Shown: positions 1 to 15,000 of the stretch, one piece after another
Numbering within the stretch: the first letter of the stretch is position 1
How the letters are laid out: each line of letters starts with the position of its first letter
DNA from: Balanoglossus misakiensis
Lineage: Eukaryota; Animalia; Hemichordata
Direction of reading: 5' to 3'
Length of the DNA stretch: 64,000 nucleotides
NCBI GenBank assembly: GCA_040954595.2
Contig: CM082577.2
Location: 16,809,903 to 16,873,902 of the forward strand
Made by a program: the position numbers and the translations under genes
Notes under the pieces: generated by a model
What the model was told of the DNA's origin: nothing
What the model saw: the letters and a program-made list of their open reading frames with translations, nothing else
The model's database searches: none

Positions 1-3000
1 TGTTAAGTTCCCATTTAGGGTGAAACGTTTACCACATATTTTGCACTCATGTAGTCTTTCATTGGTATGGACTCTCATGTGTGCTGTTAAGTTCCCATTT
101 AGGGTGAAACGTTTACCACATATTTTGCACTCATATAGTCTTTCATTGGTATGGACTCTCAAATGTGCTTTTAAGTTCCCATTTCGGGTGAAACGTTTAC
201 CACATATTTTGCACTCATATAGTCTTTCATTGGTATGGACTCTCATGTGTGCTGTTAAGTTCCCATTTCTGGTGAATTGTTTACCACATATTTTGCACTC
301 ATATAGTCTTTCGTGGGTATGGACTCTCAAGTGTGCTGTTAAGTTCCCATTTCGGGTGAAACGTTTACCACATATTTTGCACTCATATAGTCTTCATTGG
401 TATGGACTCTCATGTGTGCTGTTAAGTTCCCATTTAGGGTGAAACGTTTACCACATATTTTGCACTCATATAGTCTTTCATTGGTATGGACTCTCATGTG
501 TGCTGTTAAGTTCCCACTTAGGGTGAAACGTTTACCACATATTTTGCACTCATATAGTCTTTCGTGGGTATGGACTCTCAAGTGTGCTGTTAAGTTCCCA
601 TTTCGGGTGAAACGTTTACCACATATTTTGCACTCATATAGTCTTTCATTGGTATGGACTCTCATGTGTGCTGTTAAGTTCCCATTTAGGGTGAAACGTT
701 TACCACATATTTTGCACTCATGTAGTCTTTCATTGGTATGGACTCTCATGTGTGCTGTTAAGTTCCCATTTAGGGTGAAACGTTTACCACATATTTTGCA
801 CTCATATAGTCTTTCGTGGGTATGGACTCTCAAGTGTGCTGTTAAGTTCCCATTTCGGGTGAAACGTTTACCACATATTTTGCACTCATATAGTCTTTCG
901 TGGGTATGGACTATCCAGCGTGCTATTAAGTTCCCATTTAGGGTGAAATGTCTACCACATATTTTGCACTCATATGGTCTTTCGTGGGTATGGACTCTCA
1001 AGTGTGCTGTTAAGTTCCCATTTCGGGTGAAACGTTTACCACATATTTTGCACTCATATAGTCTTTCATGGGTATGGACTCTCAAGTGTGCTTTTAAGTT
1101 CCCATTCTCGCCAAAACATTTACCACATATTTTGCACTCATATAATCTTTCGTGGGTATGGACTCTCAAGTGTGCTGTTAAGTTCCCATTTAGGGTGAAA
1201 CGTTTACCACACATTTTGCATTCAAAAGGTTTTTCATTGGTATGGACTCTCAAGTGTGCTGTTAAGTTTCCATTTCAGGTGAAACGTTTACCACATATTT
1301 TGCACTCATATAGTCTTTCGTGGGTATGGACTCTCAAGTGTGCTGTTAAGTTCCCATTTAGGGTGAAACGTTTACCACATATTTTGCACTCATATAGTCT
1401 TTCATTGGTATGGACTCTCATGTGTGCTGTTAAGTTCCCATTTAGCTATAGGGTGAAACGTTTACCACATATTTTGCACTCATATAGTCTTTCATTGGTA
1501 TGGACTCTCAAGTGTGCTTTTAAGTTCCCATTTCGGGTGAAACGTTTACCACATATTTTGCACTCATATAGTCTTTCATTGGTATGGACTCTCATGTGTG
1601 CTGTTAAGTTCCCATTTAGGGTGAAACGTTTACCACATATTTTGCACTCATGTAGTCTTTCATTGCTATGGACTCTCATGTGTGCTGTTAAGTTCCCATT
1701 TAGGGTGAAACGTTTACCACATATTTTGCACTCATATAGTCTTTCATTGGTATGGACTCTCAAATGTGCTTTTAAGTTCCCATTTCGGGTGAAACGTTTA
1801 CCACATATTTTGCACTCATATAGTCTTTCATTGGTATGGACTCTCATGTGTGCTGTTAAGTTCCCATTTCTGGTGAATTGTTTACCACATATTTTGCACT
1901 CATATAGTCTTTCGTGGGTATGGACTCTCAAGTGTGCTGTTAAGTTCCCATTTCGGGTGAAACGTTTACCACATATTTTGCACTCATATAGTCTTTCATT
2001 GGTATGGACTCTCATGTGTGCTGTTAAGTTCCCATTTCGGGTGAAACGTTTACCACATATTTTGCACTCATATAGTCTTTCATTGGTATGGACTCTCATG
2101 TGTGCTGTTAAGTTCCCATTTAGGGTGAAACGTTTACCACATATTTTGCACTCATATAGTCTTTCATTGGTATGGACTCTCATGTGTGCTGTTAAGTTCC
2201 CATTTAGGGTGAAACGTTTACCACATATTTTGCACTCATATAGTCTTTCGTGGGTATGGACTCTCAAGTGTGCTGTTAAGTTCCCATTTCGGGTGAAACG
2301 TTTACCACATATTTTGCACTCATATAGTCTTTCATTGGTATGGACTCTCATGTGTGCTGTTAAGTTCCCATTTAGGGTGAAACGTTTACCACATATTTTG
2401 CACTCATGTAGTCTTTCGTGGGTATGGACTCTCATGTGTGCTGTTAAGTTCCCATTTAGGGTGAAACGTTTACCACATATTTTGCACTCATATAGTCTTT
2501 CGTGGGTATGGACTCTCAAGTGTGCTGTTAAGTTCCCATTTCGGGTGAAACGTTTACCACACATTTTGCACTCATATAGTCTTTTGTGGGTATGGACTCT
2601 CAAGTGTGCTGTTAAGTTCCCATTTAGGGTGAAACGTTTACCACACATTTTGCATTCAAAAGGTTTTTCATTGGTATGGACTCTCAAGTGTGCTGTTAAG
2701 TTTCCATTTCAGGTGAAACGTTTACCACATATTTTGCACTCATATAGTCTTTCGTGGGTATGGACTCTCAAGTGTGCTGTTAAGTTCCCATTTAGGGTGA
2801 AACGTTTACCACATATTTTGCACTCATATAGTCTTTCATTGGTATGGACTCTCATGTGTGCTGTTAAGTTCCCATTTAGCTATAGGGTGAAACGTTTACC
2901 ACATATTTTGCACTCATATAGTCTTTCATTGGTATGGACTCTCAAGTGTGCTTTTAAGTTCCCATTTCGGGTGAAACGTTTACCACATATTTTGCACTCA

Positions 3001-6000
3001 TATAGTCTTTCATTGGTATGGACTCTCATGTGTGCTGTTAAGTTCCCATTTAGGGTGAAACGTTTACCACATATTTTGCACTCATATAGTCTTTCGTGGG
3101 TATGGACTCTCATGTGTGCTGTTAAGTTCCCATTTCGGGTGAAACGTTTACCACATATTTTGCACTCATATAGTCTTTCATTGGTATGGACTCTCATGTG
3201 TGCTGTTAAGTTCCCATTTAGCTATAGGGTGAAACGTTTACCACATATTTTGCACTCATATAGTCTTTCATTGGTATGGACTCTCAAGTGTGCTTTTAAG
3301 TTCCCATTTCGGGTGAAACGTTTACCACATATTTTGCACTCATATAGTCTTTCATTGGTATGGACTCTCATGTGTGCTGTTAAGTTCCCATTTAGGGTGA
3401 AACGTTTACCACATATTTTGCACTCATATAGTCTTTCGTGGGTATGGACTCTCATGTGTGCTGTTAAGTTCCCATTTCGGGTGAAACGTTTACCACATAT
3501 TTTGCACTCATATAGTCTTTCATTGGTATGGACTCTCAAGTGTGCTGTTAAGTTCCCATTTCGGGTGAAACGTTTACCACATATTTTGCACTCATATAGT
3601 CTTTCATTGGTATGGACTCTCATGTGTGCTGTTAAGTTCCCATTTCGGGTGAAACGTTTACCACATATTTTGCACTCATGTAGTCTTTCATTGGTATGGA
3701 CTCTCATGTGTGCTGTTAAGTTCCCATTTCGGGTGAAATGTTTACCACATATTTTGCACTCATATAGTCTTTCATTGGTATGGACTCTCATGTGTGCTGT
3801 TAAGTTCCCATTTCGGGTGAAACGTTTACCACTTATTTTGCACTCATATAGTCTTTCGTGGGTATGGACTCTCAAGTGTGCTGTTAAGTTCCCATTTCGG
3901 GTGAAACGTTTACCACATATTTTGCACTCATGTAGTCTTTCATTGGTATGGACTCTCATGTGTGCTGTTAAGTTCCCATTTCGGGTGAAACGTTTACCAC
4001 ATATTTTGCACTCATGTAGTCTTTCATTGGTATGGACTCTCATGTGTGCTGTTAAGTTCCCATTTCGGGTGAAGCGTTTACCACATATTTTGCACTCATA
4101 TAGTCTTTCATTGGTATGGACTCTCATGTGTGCTGTTAAGTTCCCATTTCGGGTGAAACGTTTACCACATATTTTGCACTCATGTAGTCTTTCATTGGTA
4201 TGGACTCTCATGTGTGCTGTTAAGTTCCCATTTCGGGTGAAATGTTTACCACATATTTTGCACTCATATAGTCTTTCATTGGTATGGACTCTCATGTGTG
4301 CTGTTAAGTTCCCATTTCGGGTGAAACGTTTACCACTTATTTTGCACTCATATAGTCTTTCGTGGGTATGGACTCTCAAGTGTGCTGTTAAGTTCCCATT
4401 TCGGGTGAAACGTTTACCACATATTTTGCACTCATATAGTCTTTCATTGGTATGGACTCTCATGTGTGCTGTTAAGTTCCCATTAAGGGTGAAACGTTTA
4501 CCACATATTTTGCACTCATATAGTCTTTCGTGGGTATGGACTCTCAAGTGTGCTTTTAAGTTCCCATTTCGGGTGAAACGTTTACCACATATTTTGCACT
4601 CATATAGTCTTTCATTGGTATGGACTCTCATGTGTGCTGTTAAGTTCCCATTTAGGGTGAAACGTTTACCACATATTTTGCACTCATGTAGTCTTTCATT
4701 GGTATGGACTCTCATGTGTGCTGTTAAGTTCCCATTTCGGGTGAAACGTTTACCACATATTTTGCACTCATATAGTCTTTCATTGGTATGGACTCTCATG
4801 TGTGCTGTTAAGTTCCCATTTAGGGTGAAACGTTTACCACATATTTTGCACTCATATAGTCTTTCGTGGGTATGGACTCTCATGTGTGCTGTTAAGTTCC
4901 CATTTAGGGTGAAACGTTTACCACATATTTTGCACTCATGTAGTCTTTCATTGGTATGGACTCTCATGTGTGCTGTTAAGTTCCCATTTCGGGTGAAACG
5001 TTTACCGCATATTTTGCACTCATATAGTCTTTCATTGGTATGGACTCTCATGTGTGCTGTTAAGTTCCCATTTAGGGTGAAACGTTTACCACATATTTTG
5101 CACTCATATAGTCTTTCATTGGTATGGACTCTCATGTGTGCTGTTAAGTTCCCATTTCGGGTGAAACGTTTACCACATATTTTGCACTCATATAGTCTTT
5201 CATTGGTATGGACTCTCATGTGTGCTGTTAAGTTCCCATTTAGGGTGAAACATTTACCACATATTTTGCACTCATATAGTCTTTCGTGGGTATGGACTCT
5301 CAAGTGTGCTGTTAAGTTCCCATTTCGGGTGAAACGTTTACCACATATTTTGCACTCATATAGTCTTTCGTGGGTATGGACTATCCAGTGTGCTATTAAG
5401 TTCCCATTTAGGGTGAAACGTTTACCACATATTTTGCACTCATATGGTCTTTCGTGGGTATGGACTCTCAAGTGTGCTGTTAAGTTCCCATTTCGGGTGA
5501 AACGTTTACCACATATTTTGCACTCATATAGTCTTTCATGGGTATGGACTCTCATGTGTGCTGTTAAGTTCCCATTTCGGGTGAAACGTTTACCACATAT
5601 TTTGCACTCATATAGTCTTTCGTGGGTATGGACTATCCAGTGTGCTATTAAGTTCCCATTTAGGGTGAAACGTTTACCACATATTTTGCACTCATATGGT
5701 CTTTCGTGGGTATGGACTCTCAAGTGTGCTGTTAAGTTCCCATTTCGGGTGAAACGTTTACCACATATTTTGCACTCATATAGTCTTTCATTGGTATGGA
5801 CTCTCAAATGTGCTTTTAAGTTCCCATTTCGGGTGAAATGTTTACCACATATTTTGCACTCATATAGTCTTTCATTGGTATGGACTCTCATGTGTGCTGT
5901 TAAGTTCCCATTTCGGGTGAAACGTTTACCACTTATTTTGCACTCATATAGTCTTTCGTGGGTATGGACTCTCAAGTGTGCTGTTAAGTTCCCATTTCGG

Positions 6001-9000
6001 GTGAAACGTTTACCACATATTTTGCACTCATATAGTCTTTCATTGGTATGGACTCTCATGTGTGCTGTTAAGTTCCCATTAAGGGTGAAACGTTTACCAC
6101 ATATTTTGCACTCATATAGTCTTTCGTGGGTATGGACTCTCAAGTGTGCTTTTAAGTTCCCATTTCGGGTGAAACGTTTACCACATATTTTGCACTCATA
6201 TAGTCTTTCATTGGTATGGACTCTCATGTGTGCTGTTAAGTTCCCATTTAGGGTGAAACGTTTACCACATATTTTGCACTCATGTAGTCTTTCATTGGTA
6301 TGGACTCTCATGTGTGCTGTTAAGTTCCCATTTAGGGTGAAACGTTTACCACATATTTTGCACTCATGTAGTCTTTCATTGGTATGGACTCTCATGTGTG
6401 CTGTTAAGTTCCCATTTCGGGTGAAACGTTTACCACATATTTTGCACTCATATAGTCTTTCATTGGTATGGACTCTCATGTGTGCTGTTAAGTTCCCATT
6501 TAGGGTGAAACGTTTACCACATATTTTGCACTCATATAGTCTTTCGTGGGTATGGACTCTCATGTGTGCTGTTAAGTTCCCATTTAGGGTGAAACGTTTA
6601 CCACATATTTTGCACTCATGTAGTCTTTCATTGGTATGGACTCTCATGTGTGCTGTTAAGTTCCCATTTCGGGTGAAACGTTTACCGCATATTTTGCACT
6701 CATATAGTCTTTCATTGGTATGGACTCTCATGTGTGCTGTTAAGTTCCCATTTAGGGTGAAACGTTTACCACATATTTTGCACTCATATAGTCTTTCATT
6801 GGTATGGACTCTCATGTGTGCTGTTAAGTTCCCATTTCGGGTGAAACGTTTACCACATATTTTGCACTCATATAGTCTTTCATTGGTATGGACTCTCATG
6901 TGTGCTGTTAAGTTCCCATTTAGGGTGAAACATTTACCACATATTTTGCACTCATATAGTCTTTCGTGGGTATGGACTCTCAAGTGTGCTGTTAAGTTCC
7001 CATTTCGGGTGAAACGTTTACCACATATTTTGCACTCATATAGTCTTTCGTGGGTATGGACTATCCAGTGTGCTATTAAGTTCCCATTTAGGGTGAAACG
7101 TTTACCACATATTTTGCACTCATATGGTCTTTCGTGGGTATGGACTCTCAAGTGTGCTGTTAAGTTCCCATTTCGGGTGAAACGTTTACCACATATTTTG
7201 CACTCATATAGTCTTTCATGGGTATGGACTCTCATGTGTGCTGTTAAGTTCCCATTTCGGGTGAAACGTTTACCACATATTTTGCACTCATATAGTCTTT
7301 CGTGGGTATGGACTCTCAAGTGTGCTGTTAAGTTCCCATTTCGGGTGAAACGTTTACCACATATTTTGCACTCATATAGTCTTTCGTGGGTATAGACTCT
7401 CAAGTGTGCTGTTACGGGTGAAACGTTTACCACATATTTTGCACTCATATAGTCTTTCATTGGTATGGACTCTCATGTGTGCTGTTAAGTTCCCATTTAG
7501 GGTGAAACGTTTACCACATATTTTGCACTCATATAGTCTTTCGTGGGTATGGACTCTCATGTGTGCTGTTAAGTTCCCATTTCGGGTGAAACGTTTACCG
7601 CATATTTTGCACTCATATAGTCTTTCATTGGTATGGACTCTCATGTGTGCTGTTAAGTTCCCATTTAGGGTGAAACGTTTACCACATATTTTGCACTCAT
7701 ATAGTCTTTCATTGGTATGGACTCTCATGTGTGCTGTTAAGTTCCCATTTAGGGTGAAACGTTTACCACATATTTTGCACTCATATAGTCTTTCGTGGGT
7801 ATGGACTCTCATGTGTGCTGTTAAGTTCCCATTTAGGGTGAAACGTTTACCACATATTTTGCACTCATGTAGTCTTTCATTGGTATGGACTCTCATGTGT
7901 GCTGTTAAGTTCCCATTTCGGGTGAAACGTTTACCGCATATTTTGCACTCATATAGTCTTTCATTGGTATGGACTCTCATGTGTGCTGTTAAGTTCCCAT
8001 TTCGGGTGAAACGTTTACCACATATTTTGCACTCATATAGTCTTTCATTGGTATGGACTCTCATGTGTGCTGTTAAGTTCCCATTTAGGGTGAAACATTT
8101 ACCACATATTTTGCACTCATATAGTCTTTCGTGGGTATGGACTCTCAAGTGTGCTGTTAAGTTCCCATTTCGGGTGAAACGTTTACCACATATTTTGCAC
8201 TCATATAGTCTTTCGTGGGTATGGACTATCCAGTGTGCTATTAAGTTCCCATTTAGGGTGAAACGTTTACCACATATTTTGCACTCATATGGTCTTTCGT
8301 GGGTATGGACTCTCAAGTGTGCTGTTAAGTTCCCATTTCGGGTGAAACGTTTACCACATATTTTGCACTCATATAGTCTTTCATGGGTATGGACTCTCAT
8401 GTGTGCTGTTAAGTTCCCATTTCGGGTGAAACGTTTACCACATATTTTGCACTCATATAGTCTTTCATTGGTATGGACTCTCATGTGTGCTGTTAAGTTC
8501 CCATTTAGGGTGAAACGTTTACCACATATTTTGCACTCATGTAGTCTTTCATTGGTATGGACTCTCATGTGTGCTGTTAAGTTCCCATTTCGGGTGAAAC
8601 GTTTAAGACATATTTTGCACTCATATAGTCTTTCATTGGTATGGACTCTCATGTGTGCTGTTAAGTTCCCATTTAGGGTGAAACGTTTACCACATATTTT
8701 GCACTCATATAGTCTTTCGTGGGTATAGACTCTCAAGTGTGCTGTTACGGGTGAAACGTTTACCACATATTTTGCACTCATATAGTCTTTCATTGGTATG
8801 GACTCTCATGTGTGCTGTTAAGTTCCCATTTAGGGTGAAACGTTTACCACATATTTTGCACTCATATAGTCTTTCGTGGGTATGGACTCTCATGTGTGCT
8901 GTTAAGTTCCCATTTAGGGTGAAACGTTTACCACATATTTTGCACTCATGTAGTCTTTCATTGGTATGGACTCTCATGTGTGCTGTTAAGTTCCCATTTC

Positions 9001-12000
9001 GGGTGAAACGTTTACCGCATATTTTGCACTCATATAGTCTTTCATTGGTATGGACTCTCATGTGTGCTGTTAAGTTCCCATTTAGGGTGAAACGTTTACC
9101 ACATATTTTGCACTCATATAGTCTTTCATTGGTATGGACTCTCATGTGTGCTGTTAAGTTCCCATTTCGGGTGAAACGTTTACCACATATTTTGCACTCA
9201 TATAGTCTTTCATTGGTATGGACTCTCATGTGTGCTGTTAAGTTCCCATTTAGGGTGAAACATATACCACATATTTTGCACTCATATAGTCTTTCGTGGG
9301 TATGGACTCTCAAGTGTGCTGTTAAGTTCCCATTTCGGGTGAAACGTTTACCACATATTTTGCACTCATATAGTCTTTCGTGGGTATGGACTATCCAGTG
9401 TGCTATTAAGTTCCCATTTAGGGTGAAACGTTTACCACATATTTTGCACTCATATGGTCTTTCGTGGGTATGGACTCTCAAGTGTGCTGTTAAGTTCCCA
9501 TTTCGGGTGAAACGTTTACCACATATTTTGCACTCATATAGTCTTTCATGGGTATGGACTCTCATGTGTGCTGTTAAGTTCCCATTTCGGGTGAAACGTT
9601 TACCACATATTTTGCACTCATATAGTCTTTCGTGGGTATGGACTCTCAAGTGTGCTGTTAAGTTCCCATTTCGGGTGAAACGTTTACCACATATTTTGCA
9701 CTCATATAGTCTTTCGTGGGTATGGACTATCCAGTGTGCTATTAAGTTCCCATTTAGGGTGAAACGTTTACCACATATTTTGCACTCATATGGTCTTTCG
9801 TGGGTATCGACTCTCAAGTGTGCTGTTAAGTTCCCATTTCGAGGGAAACGTTTACCACATATTTTGCACTCATATAGTCTTTCATTGGTATGGACTCTCA
9901 TGTGTGCTGTTAAGTTCCCATTTAGGGTGAAACGTTTACCACATATTTTGCACTCATGTAGTCTTTCATTGGTATGGACTCTCATGTGTGCTGTTAAGTT
10001 CCCATTTCGGGTGAAACGTTTACCACATATTTTGCACTCATATAGTCTTTCATTGGTTTGGACTCTCATGTGTGCTGTTAAGTTCCCATTTAGGGTGAAA
10101 CGTTTACCACATATTTTGCACTCATATAGTCTTTCATTGGTATGGACTCTCATGTGTGCTGTTAAGTTCCCATTTCGGGTGAAACGTTTACCACATATTT
10201 TGCACTCATATAGTCTTTCATTGGTATGGACTCTCATGTGTGCTGTTAAGTTCCCATTTAGGGTGAAACGTTTACCACATATTTTGCACTCATGTAGTCT
10301 TTCGTGGGTATGGACTCTCAAGTGTGCTGTTAAGTTCCCATTTCGGGTGAAACGTTTACCACATATTTTGCACTCATATAGTCTTTCGTGGGTATGGACT
10401 CTCAAGTGTGCTGTTAAGTTCCCATTTCGGGTGAAACGTTTACCACATATTTTGCACTCATATAGTCTTTCGTGGGTATGGACTATCCAGTGTGCTATTA
10501 AGTTCCCATTTAGGGTGAAACGTTTACCACATATTTTGCACTCATATGGTCTTTCGTGGGTATGGACTCTCAAGTGTGCTGTTAAGTTCCCATTTCGGGT
10601 GAAACGTTTACCACATATTTTGCACTCATATAGTCTTTCGTGGGTATGGACTCTCAAGTGTGCTGTTAAGTTCCCATTTCGGGTGAAACGTTTACCACAT
10701 ATTTTGCACTCATATAGTCTTTCATTGGTATGGACTCTCATGTGTGCTGTTAAGTTCCCATTTCGGGTGAAACGTTTACCACATATTTTGCACTCATATA
10801 GTCTTTCATTGGTATGGACTCTCATGTGTGCTGTTAAGTTCCCATTTAGGGTGAAACGTTTACCACATATTTTGCACTCATATAGTCTTTTGTGGGTATG
10901 GACTCTCAAGTGTGCTGTTAAGTTCCCATTTCGGGTGAAACGTTTACCACATATTTTGCACTCATATAGTCTTTCATTGGTATGGACTCTCATGTGTGCT
11001 GTTAAGTTCCCATTTAGGGTGAAACGTTTACCACATATTTTGCACTCATATGGTCTTTCGTGGGTATGGACTCTCAAGTGTGCTGTTATGTTCCCATTTC
11101 GGGTGAAACGTTTACCACATATTTTGCACTCATATAGTCTTTCATGGGTATGGACTCTCAAGTGTGCTTTTAAGTTCCCATTCTCGCCAAAACATTTACC
11201 ACATATTTTGCACTCATATGATCTTTCGTGGGTATGGACTCTCAAGTGTGCTGTTAAGTTCCCATTTAGGGTGAAACGTTTACCACACATTTTGCATTCA
11301 AAAGGTTTTTCATTGGTATGGACTCTCAAGTGTGCTGTTAAGTTTCCATTTCGGGTGAAACGTTTACCACATATTTTGCACTCATATAGTCTTTCATTGG
11401 TATGGACTCTCAAATGTGCTTTTAAGTTCCCATTTCGGGTGAAACGTTTACCACATATTTTGCACTCATATAGTCTTTCATTGGTATGGACTCTCATGTG
11501 TGCTGTTAAGTTCCCATTTTGGGTAAAATGTTTACCACATATTTTGCACTCATATAGTCTTTCGTGGGTATGGACTCTCAAGTGTGCTGTTAAGTTCCCA
11601 TTTCGGGTGAAACGTTTACCACATATTTTGCACTCATATAGTCTTTCATTGGTATGGACTCTCATGTGTGCTGTTAAGTTCCCATTTAGGGTGAAACGTT
11701 TACCACATATTTTGCACTCATATAGTCTTTCGTGGGTATGGACTCTCAAGTGTGCTGTTAAGTTCCCATTTCGGGTGAAACGTTTACCACATATTTTGCA
11801 CTCATGTAGTCTTTCATTGGTATGGACTCTCATGTGTGCTGTTAAGTTCCCATTTAGGGTGAAACGTTTACCACATATTTTGCACTCATATAGTCTTTCA
11901 TTGGTATGGACTCTCATGTGTGCTGTTAAGTTCCCATTTAGGGTGAAACGTTTACCACATATTTTGCACTCATATAGTCTTTCGTGGGTATGGACTCTCA

Positions 12001-15000
12001 AGTGTGCTGTTAAGTTCCTATTTCGGGTGAAACGTTTACCACATATTTTGCACTCATATAGTCTTTCATTGGTATGGACTCTCAAGTGTGCTGTTAAGTT
12101 CCCATTTCGGGTGAAACGTTTACCACATATTTTGCACTCATATAGTCTTTCATTGGTATGGACTCTCATGTGTGCTGTTAAGTTCCCATTTAGGGTGAAA
12201 CGTTTACCACATATTTTGCACTCATGTAGTCTTTCATTGGTATGGACTCTCATGTGTGCTGTTAAGTTCCCATTTCGGGTGAAACGTTTAAGACATATTT
12301 TGCACTCATATAGTCTTTCATTGGTATGGACTCTCATGTGTGCTGTTAAGTTCCCATTTAGGGTGAAACGTTTACCACATATTTTGCACTCATATAGTCT
12401 TTCGTGGGTATGGACTCTCAAGTGTGCTGTTAAGTTCCTATTTCGGGTGAAACGTTTACCACATATTTTGCACTCATATAGTCTTTCATTGGTATGGACT
12501 CTCATGTGTGCTGTTAAGTTCCCATTTAGCTATAGGGTGAAACGTTTACCACATATTTTGCACTCATATAGTCTTTCATTGGTATGGACTCTCAAGTGTG
12601 CTTTTAAGTTCCCATTTCGGGTGAAACGTTTACCACATATTTTGCACTCATATAGTCTTTCATTGGTATGGACTCTCATGTGTGCTGTTAAGTTCCCATT
12701 TAGGGTGAAACGTTTACCACATATTTTGCACTCATGTAGTCTTTCATTGGTATGGACTCTCATGTGTGCTGTTAAGTTCCCATTTCGGGTGAAACGTTTA
12801 AGACATATTTTGCACTCATATAGTCTTTCATTGGTATGGACTCTCATGTGTGCTGTTAAGTTCCCATTTAGGGTGAAACATTTACCACATATTTTGCACT
12901 CATATAGTCTTTCGTGGGTATGGACTCTCAAGTGTGCTGTTAAGTTCCCATTTCGGGTGAAACGTTTACCACATATTTTGCACTCATATAGTCTTTCGTG
13001 GGTATGGACTATCCAGTGTGCTATTAAGTTCCCATTTAGGGTGAAACGTTTACCACATATTTTGCACTCATATGGTCTTTCGTGGGTATGGACTCTCAAG
13101 TGTGCTGTTAAGTTCCCATTTCGGGTGAAACGTTTACCACATATTTTGCACTCATATAGTCTTTCATGGGTATGGACTCTCAAGTGTGCTTTTAAGTTCC
13201 CATTCTCGCCAAAACATTTACCACATATTTTGCACTCATATAGTCTTTCGTGGGTATGGACTATCCAGTGTGCTATTAAGTTCCCATTTAGGGTGAAACG
13301 TTTACCACATATTTTGCACTCATATGGTCTTTCGTGGGTATCGACTCTCAAGTGTGCTGTTAAGTTCCCATTTCGGGGGAAACGTTTACCACATATTTTG
13401 CACTCATATAGTCTTTCATTGGTATGGACTCTCATGTGTGCTGTTAAGTTCCCATTTAGGGTGAAACGTTTACCACATATTTTGCACTCATGTAGTCTTT
13501 CATTGGTATGGACTCTCATGTGTGCTGTTAAGTTCCCATTTCGGGTGAAACGTTTACCACATATTTTGCACTCATATAGTCTTTCATTGGTTTGGACTCT
13601 CATGTGTGCTGTTAAGTTCCCATTTAGGGTGAAACGTTTACCACATATTTTGCACTCATATAGTCTTTCATTGGTATGGACTCTCATGTGTGCTGTTAAG
13701 TTCCCATTTCGGGTGAAACGTTTACCACATATTTTGCACTCATATAGTCTTTCATTGGTATGGACTCTCATGTGTGCTGTTAAGTTCCCATTTAGGGTGA
13801 AACGTTTACCACATATTTTGCACTCATGTAGTCTTTCGTGGGTATGGACTCTCAAGTGTGCTGTTAAGTTCCCATTTCGGGTGAAACGTTTACCACATAT
13901 TTTGCACTCATATAGTCTTTCGTGGGTATGGACTCTCAAGTGTGCTGTTAAGTTCCCATTTCGGGTGAAACGTTTACCACATATTTTGCACTCATATAGT
14001 CTTTCGTGGGTATGGACTATCCAGTGTGCTATTAAGTTCCCATTTAGGGTGAAACGTTTACCACATATTTTGCACTCATATGGTCTTTCGTGGGTATGGA
14101 CTCTCAAGTGTGCTGTTAAGTTCCCATTTCGGGTGAAACGTTTACCACATATTTTGCACTCATATAGTCTTTCGTGGGTATGGACTCTCAAGTGTGCTGT
14201 TAAGTTCCCATTTCGGGTGAAACGTTTACCACATATTTTGCACTCATATAGTCTTTCATTGGTATGGACTCTCATGTGTGCTGTTAAGTTCCCATTTCGG
14301 GTGAAACGTTTACCACATATTTTGCACTCATATAGTCTTTCATTGGTATGGACTCTCATGTGTGCTGTTAAGTTCCCATTTAGGGTGAAACGTTTACCAC
14401 ATATTTTGCACTCATATAGTCTTTTGTGGGTATGGACTCTCAAGTGTGCTGTTAAGTTCCCATTTCGGGTGAAACGTTTACCACATATTTTGCACTCATA
14501 TAGTCTTTCATTGGTATGGACTCTCATGTGTGCTGTTAAGTTCCCATTTAGGGTGAAACGTTTACCACATATTTTGCACTCATATGGTCTTTCGTGGGTA
14601 TGGACTCTCAAGTGTGCTGTTATGTTCCCATTTCGGGTGAAACGTTTACCACATATTTTGCACTCATATAGTCTTTCATGGGTATGGACTCTCAAGTGTG
14701 CTTTTAAGTTCCCATTCTCGCCAAAACATTTACCACATATTTTGCACTCATATGATCTTTCGTGGGTATGGACTCTCAAGTGTGCTGTTAAGTTCCCATT
14801 TAGGGTGAAACGTTTACCACACATTTTGCATTCAAAAGGTTTTTCATTGGTATGGACTCTCAAGTGTGCTGTTAAGTTTCCATTTCGGGTGAAACGTTTA
14901 CCACATATTTTGCACTCATATAGTCTTTCATTGGTATGGACTCTCAAATGTGCTTTTAAGTTCCCATTTCGGGTGAAACGTTTACCACATATTTTGCACT